Shown: positions 62,892-64,000 of the stretch, piece by piece | How positions within the stretch are numbered: the first letter of the stretch is position 1 | How the letters are laid out: the number at the start of each line of letters is the position of its first letter | NCBI GenBank assembly: GCA_030141605.1 | Contig: JAQGDQ010000270.1 | Location: 128,976 to 192,975 of the forward strand | Direction of reading: 5' to 3' | DNA from: Tubiluchus corallicola | Lineage: Eukaryota > Animalia > Priapulida | Length of the DNA: 64,000 nucleotides | Program-made: the position numbers and the translations under genes | Notes under the pieces: model-generated | Databases searched by the model: none | What the model saw: only the letters and a program-made list of their open reading frames with translations | What the model was told of the DNA's origin: nothing

Positions 62892-63971
62892 CTATCTTAT
62901 TTCCACTTCCGATTCGTGTGCTAAGTTCAGGTTGTTCGAGATAATAACAGTATCGCCTGGTGCAAGCGTGACACCTTCGGCAGCAAATACAGAGTATTCA
63001 CTTTCATTTTCATCTAACACATTTATATATGTCCAGTGAGCAATACCCTGAGCAAAACGAAAAACCACTTCACGATTTTGACGTAAAACGACAGCTTGCT
63101 TGGGGACCACCAGTTGTCCTGGAACAGCACGTTTAATACTTACTTTTACATTCATCCCTTCTAAATACCCTCCAGGGTTTTTAACTTTTGCTTTTAGCCA
63201 GGTCAAGCCATTTTCATCCACTTTTGGGTTGATTTCACCTATAACGCCTGTTGCTTGCTTGGCTCCGGCAATGGGGGTGATAGTTACTTTTTGCCCTATA
63301 TTCACTTTGCTGATTTCAGTTTCGAGAAGCGGGAAGTCGATAAAAAAATTATTGTCATTAATTAAGGTGCAAAATGGTTTCGAGAGTTCTGCTTTTTCAT
63401 GCCGCCTTTGAAAAACACCTTCCACTTTCCCTGAAAATGGAGCAATTAAGCGGGTGCGCTCCAGTTGCATTTTAGTCTCCTCCAGTTGAATTACTGCCTG
63501 TTGATACCCTGACCGGATACTGGTGATGGCTTCGTGTTCAGGTTTAATATCTTTATCACCCTGTTTATAACCCATGCTGATTAGCGCATCGAGCTTGTCT
63601 ATTTCTGTTTTCTCTCTATGCAGTTCTGCTTTTTTAACAGCAAATCTATAATCATCATCAATAAGGTTTGCAATTTGAAATCCTTTTTTAACATCCTGCC
63701 CGTTTATAATATTGACAGCTCCAATAGTGCCTGGATTTTCGAAATAAAGTTCGGCACGTTGAATAGCTGAAAGCTTTCCATTACTGACAATTTCCTGCAT
63801 AAAGTCCTGTTCTGCAAGGATAAAGGTCTCCACAATATTTTTTTCTTTAGGAAGTCTTCTTGCCGTATCCTGAGCTTTGGTTTCAGGAGGACTTTTGCAC
63901 GATAAAAATACAGCTAATACAAAAAGAAGAGTTAAACGAAATTGCGAATACATAAAATGGTTTTGCTTCAT
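62892..63971 (-). CDS. RND efflux periplasmic adaptor (membrane fusion protein)
   Basis: Lipobox FLSC, IVSNGKL, LIAPFSG, GMNVKV and VPKQAVVLRQ. Confidence 0.92.
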   Translation of the reverse strand: MKQNHFMYSQFRLTLLFVLAVFLSCKSPPETKAQDTARRLPKEKNIVETFILAEQDFMQEIVSNGKLSAIQRAELYFENPGTIGAVNIINGQDVKKGFQIANLIDDDYRFAVKKAELHREKTEIDKLDALISMGYKQGDKDIKPEHEAITSIRSGYQQAVIQLEETKMQLERTRLIAPFSGKVEGVFQRRHEKAELSKPFCTLINDNNFFIDFPLLETEISKVNIGQKVTITPIAGAKQATGVIGEINPKVDENGLTWLKAKVKNPGGYLEGMNVKVSIKRAVPGQLVVPKQAVVLRQNREVVFRFAQGIAHWTYINVLDENESEYSVFAAEGVTLAPGDTVIISNNLNLAHESEVEIR

Positions 63972-64000
63972 AATTATTTTGGTTTTTTATTAAGATATTG

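Overview
Chromosomal window from a Bacteroidota (Bacteroidales-like) anaerobe, judged from TAnnTTTG promoters, SusC/SusD, the T9SS genes porW/sprE and porX, and gldH. The housekeeping backbone carries mpl, metH, metF, a PSP1/RicT gene, gldH, trmB, an ATL gene, mrp, porW, porX, dnaB, ddl, rluD, a PASTA protein, mqnE, rpmH, mutAB, nfo, yciH and exbB/exbD. Three accessory or decaying zones interrupt it. (i) 2.7-6.7 kb is a mosaic of a frameshifted methyltransferase, two duplicated ferredoxin cassettes missed by the ORF track (one with a Cys->Ser cluster-ligand change), an IS481 remnant and an internally deleted hsdR. (ii) 36.6-51.3 kb is a sugar-catabolism island with an exported RbsD/FucU-like protein, a tandem class II aldolase, ECF sigma/FecR/SusC/SusD and a GH36-like hydrolase, ending at an intact IS256. 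(iii) 58.7-64 kb is a two-permease RND efflux locus whose second permease has decayed. The best non-coding signals are two candidate small RNAs that read as the antisense of Bacteroidota translation-start regions (CTAA(C)C..TAAAC..TATG(A/C)AAAAA), and a degenerate intergenic repeat of about 100 bp with at least 8 copies. No rRNA, tRNA or CRISPR array was seen. All product calls come from motif recognition by eye, not from database searches.
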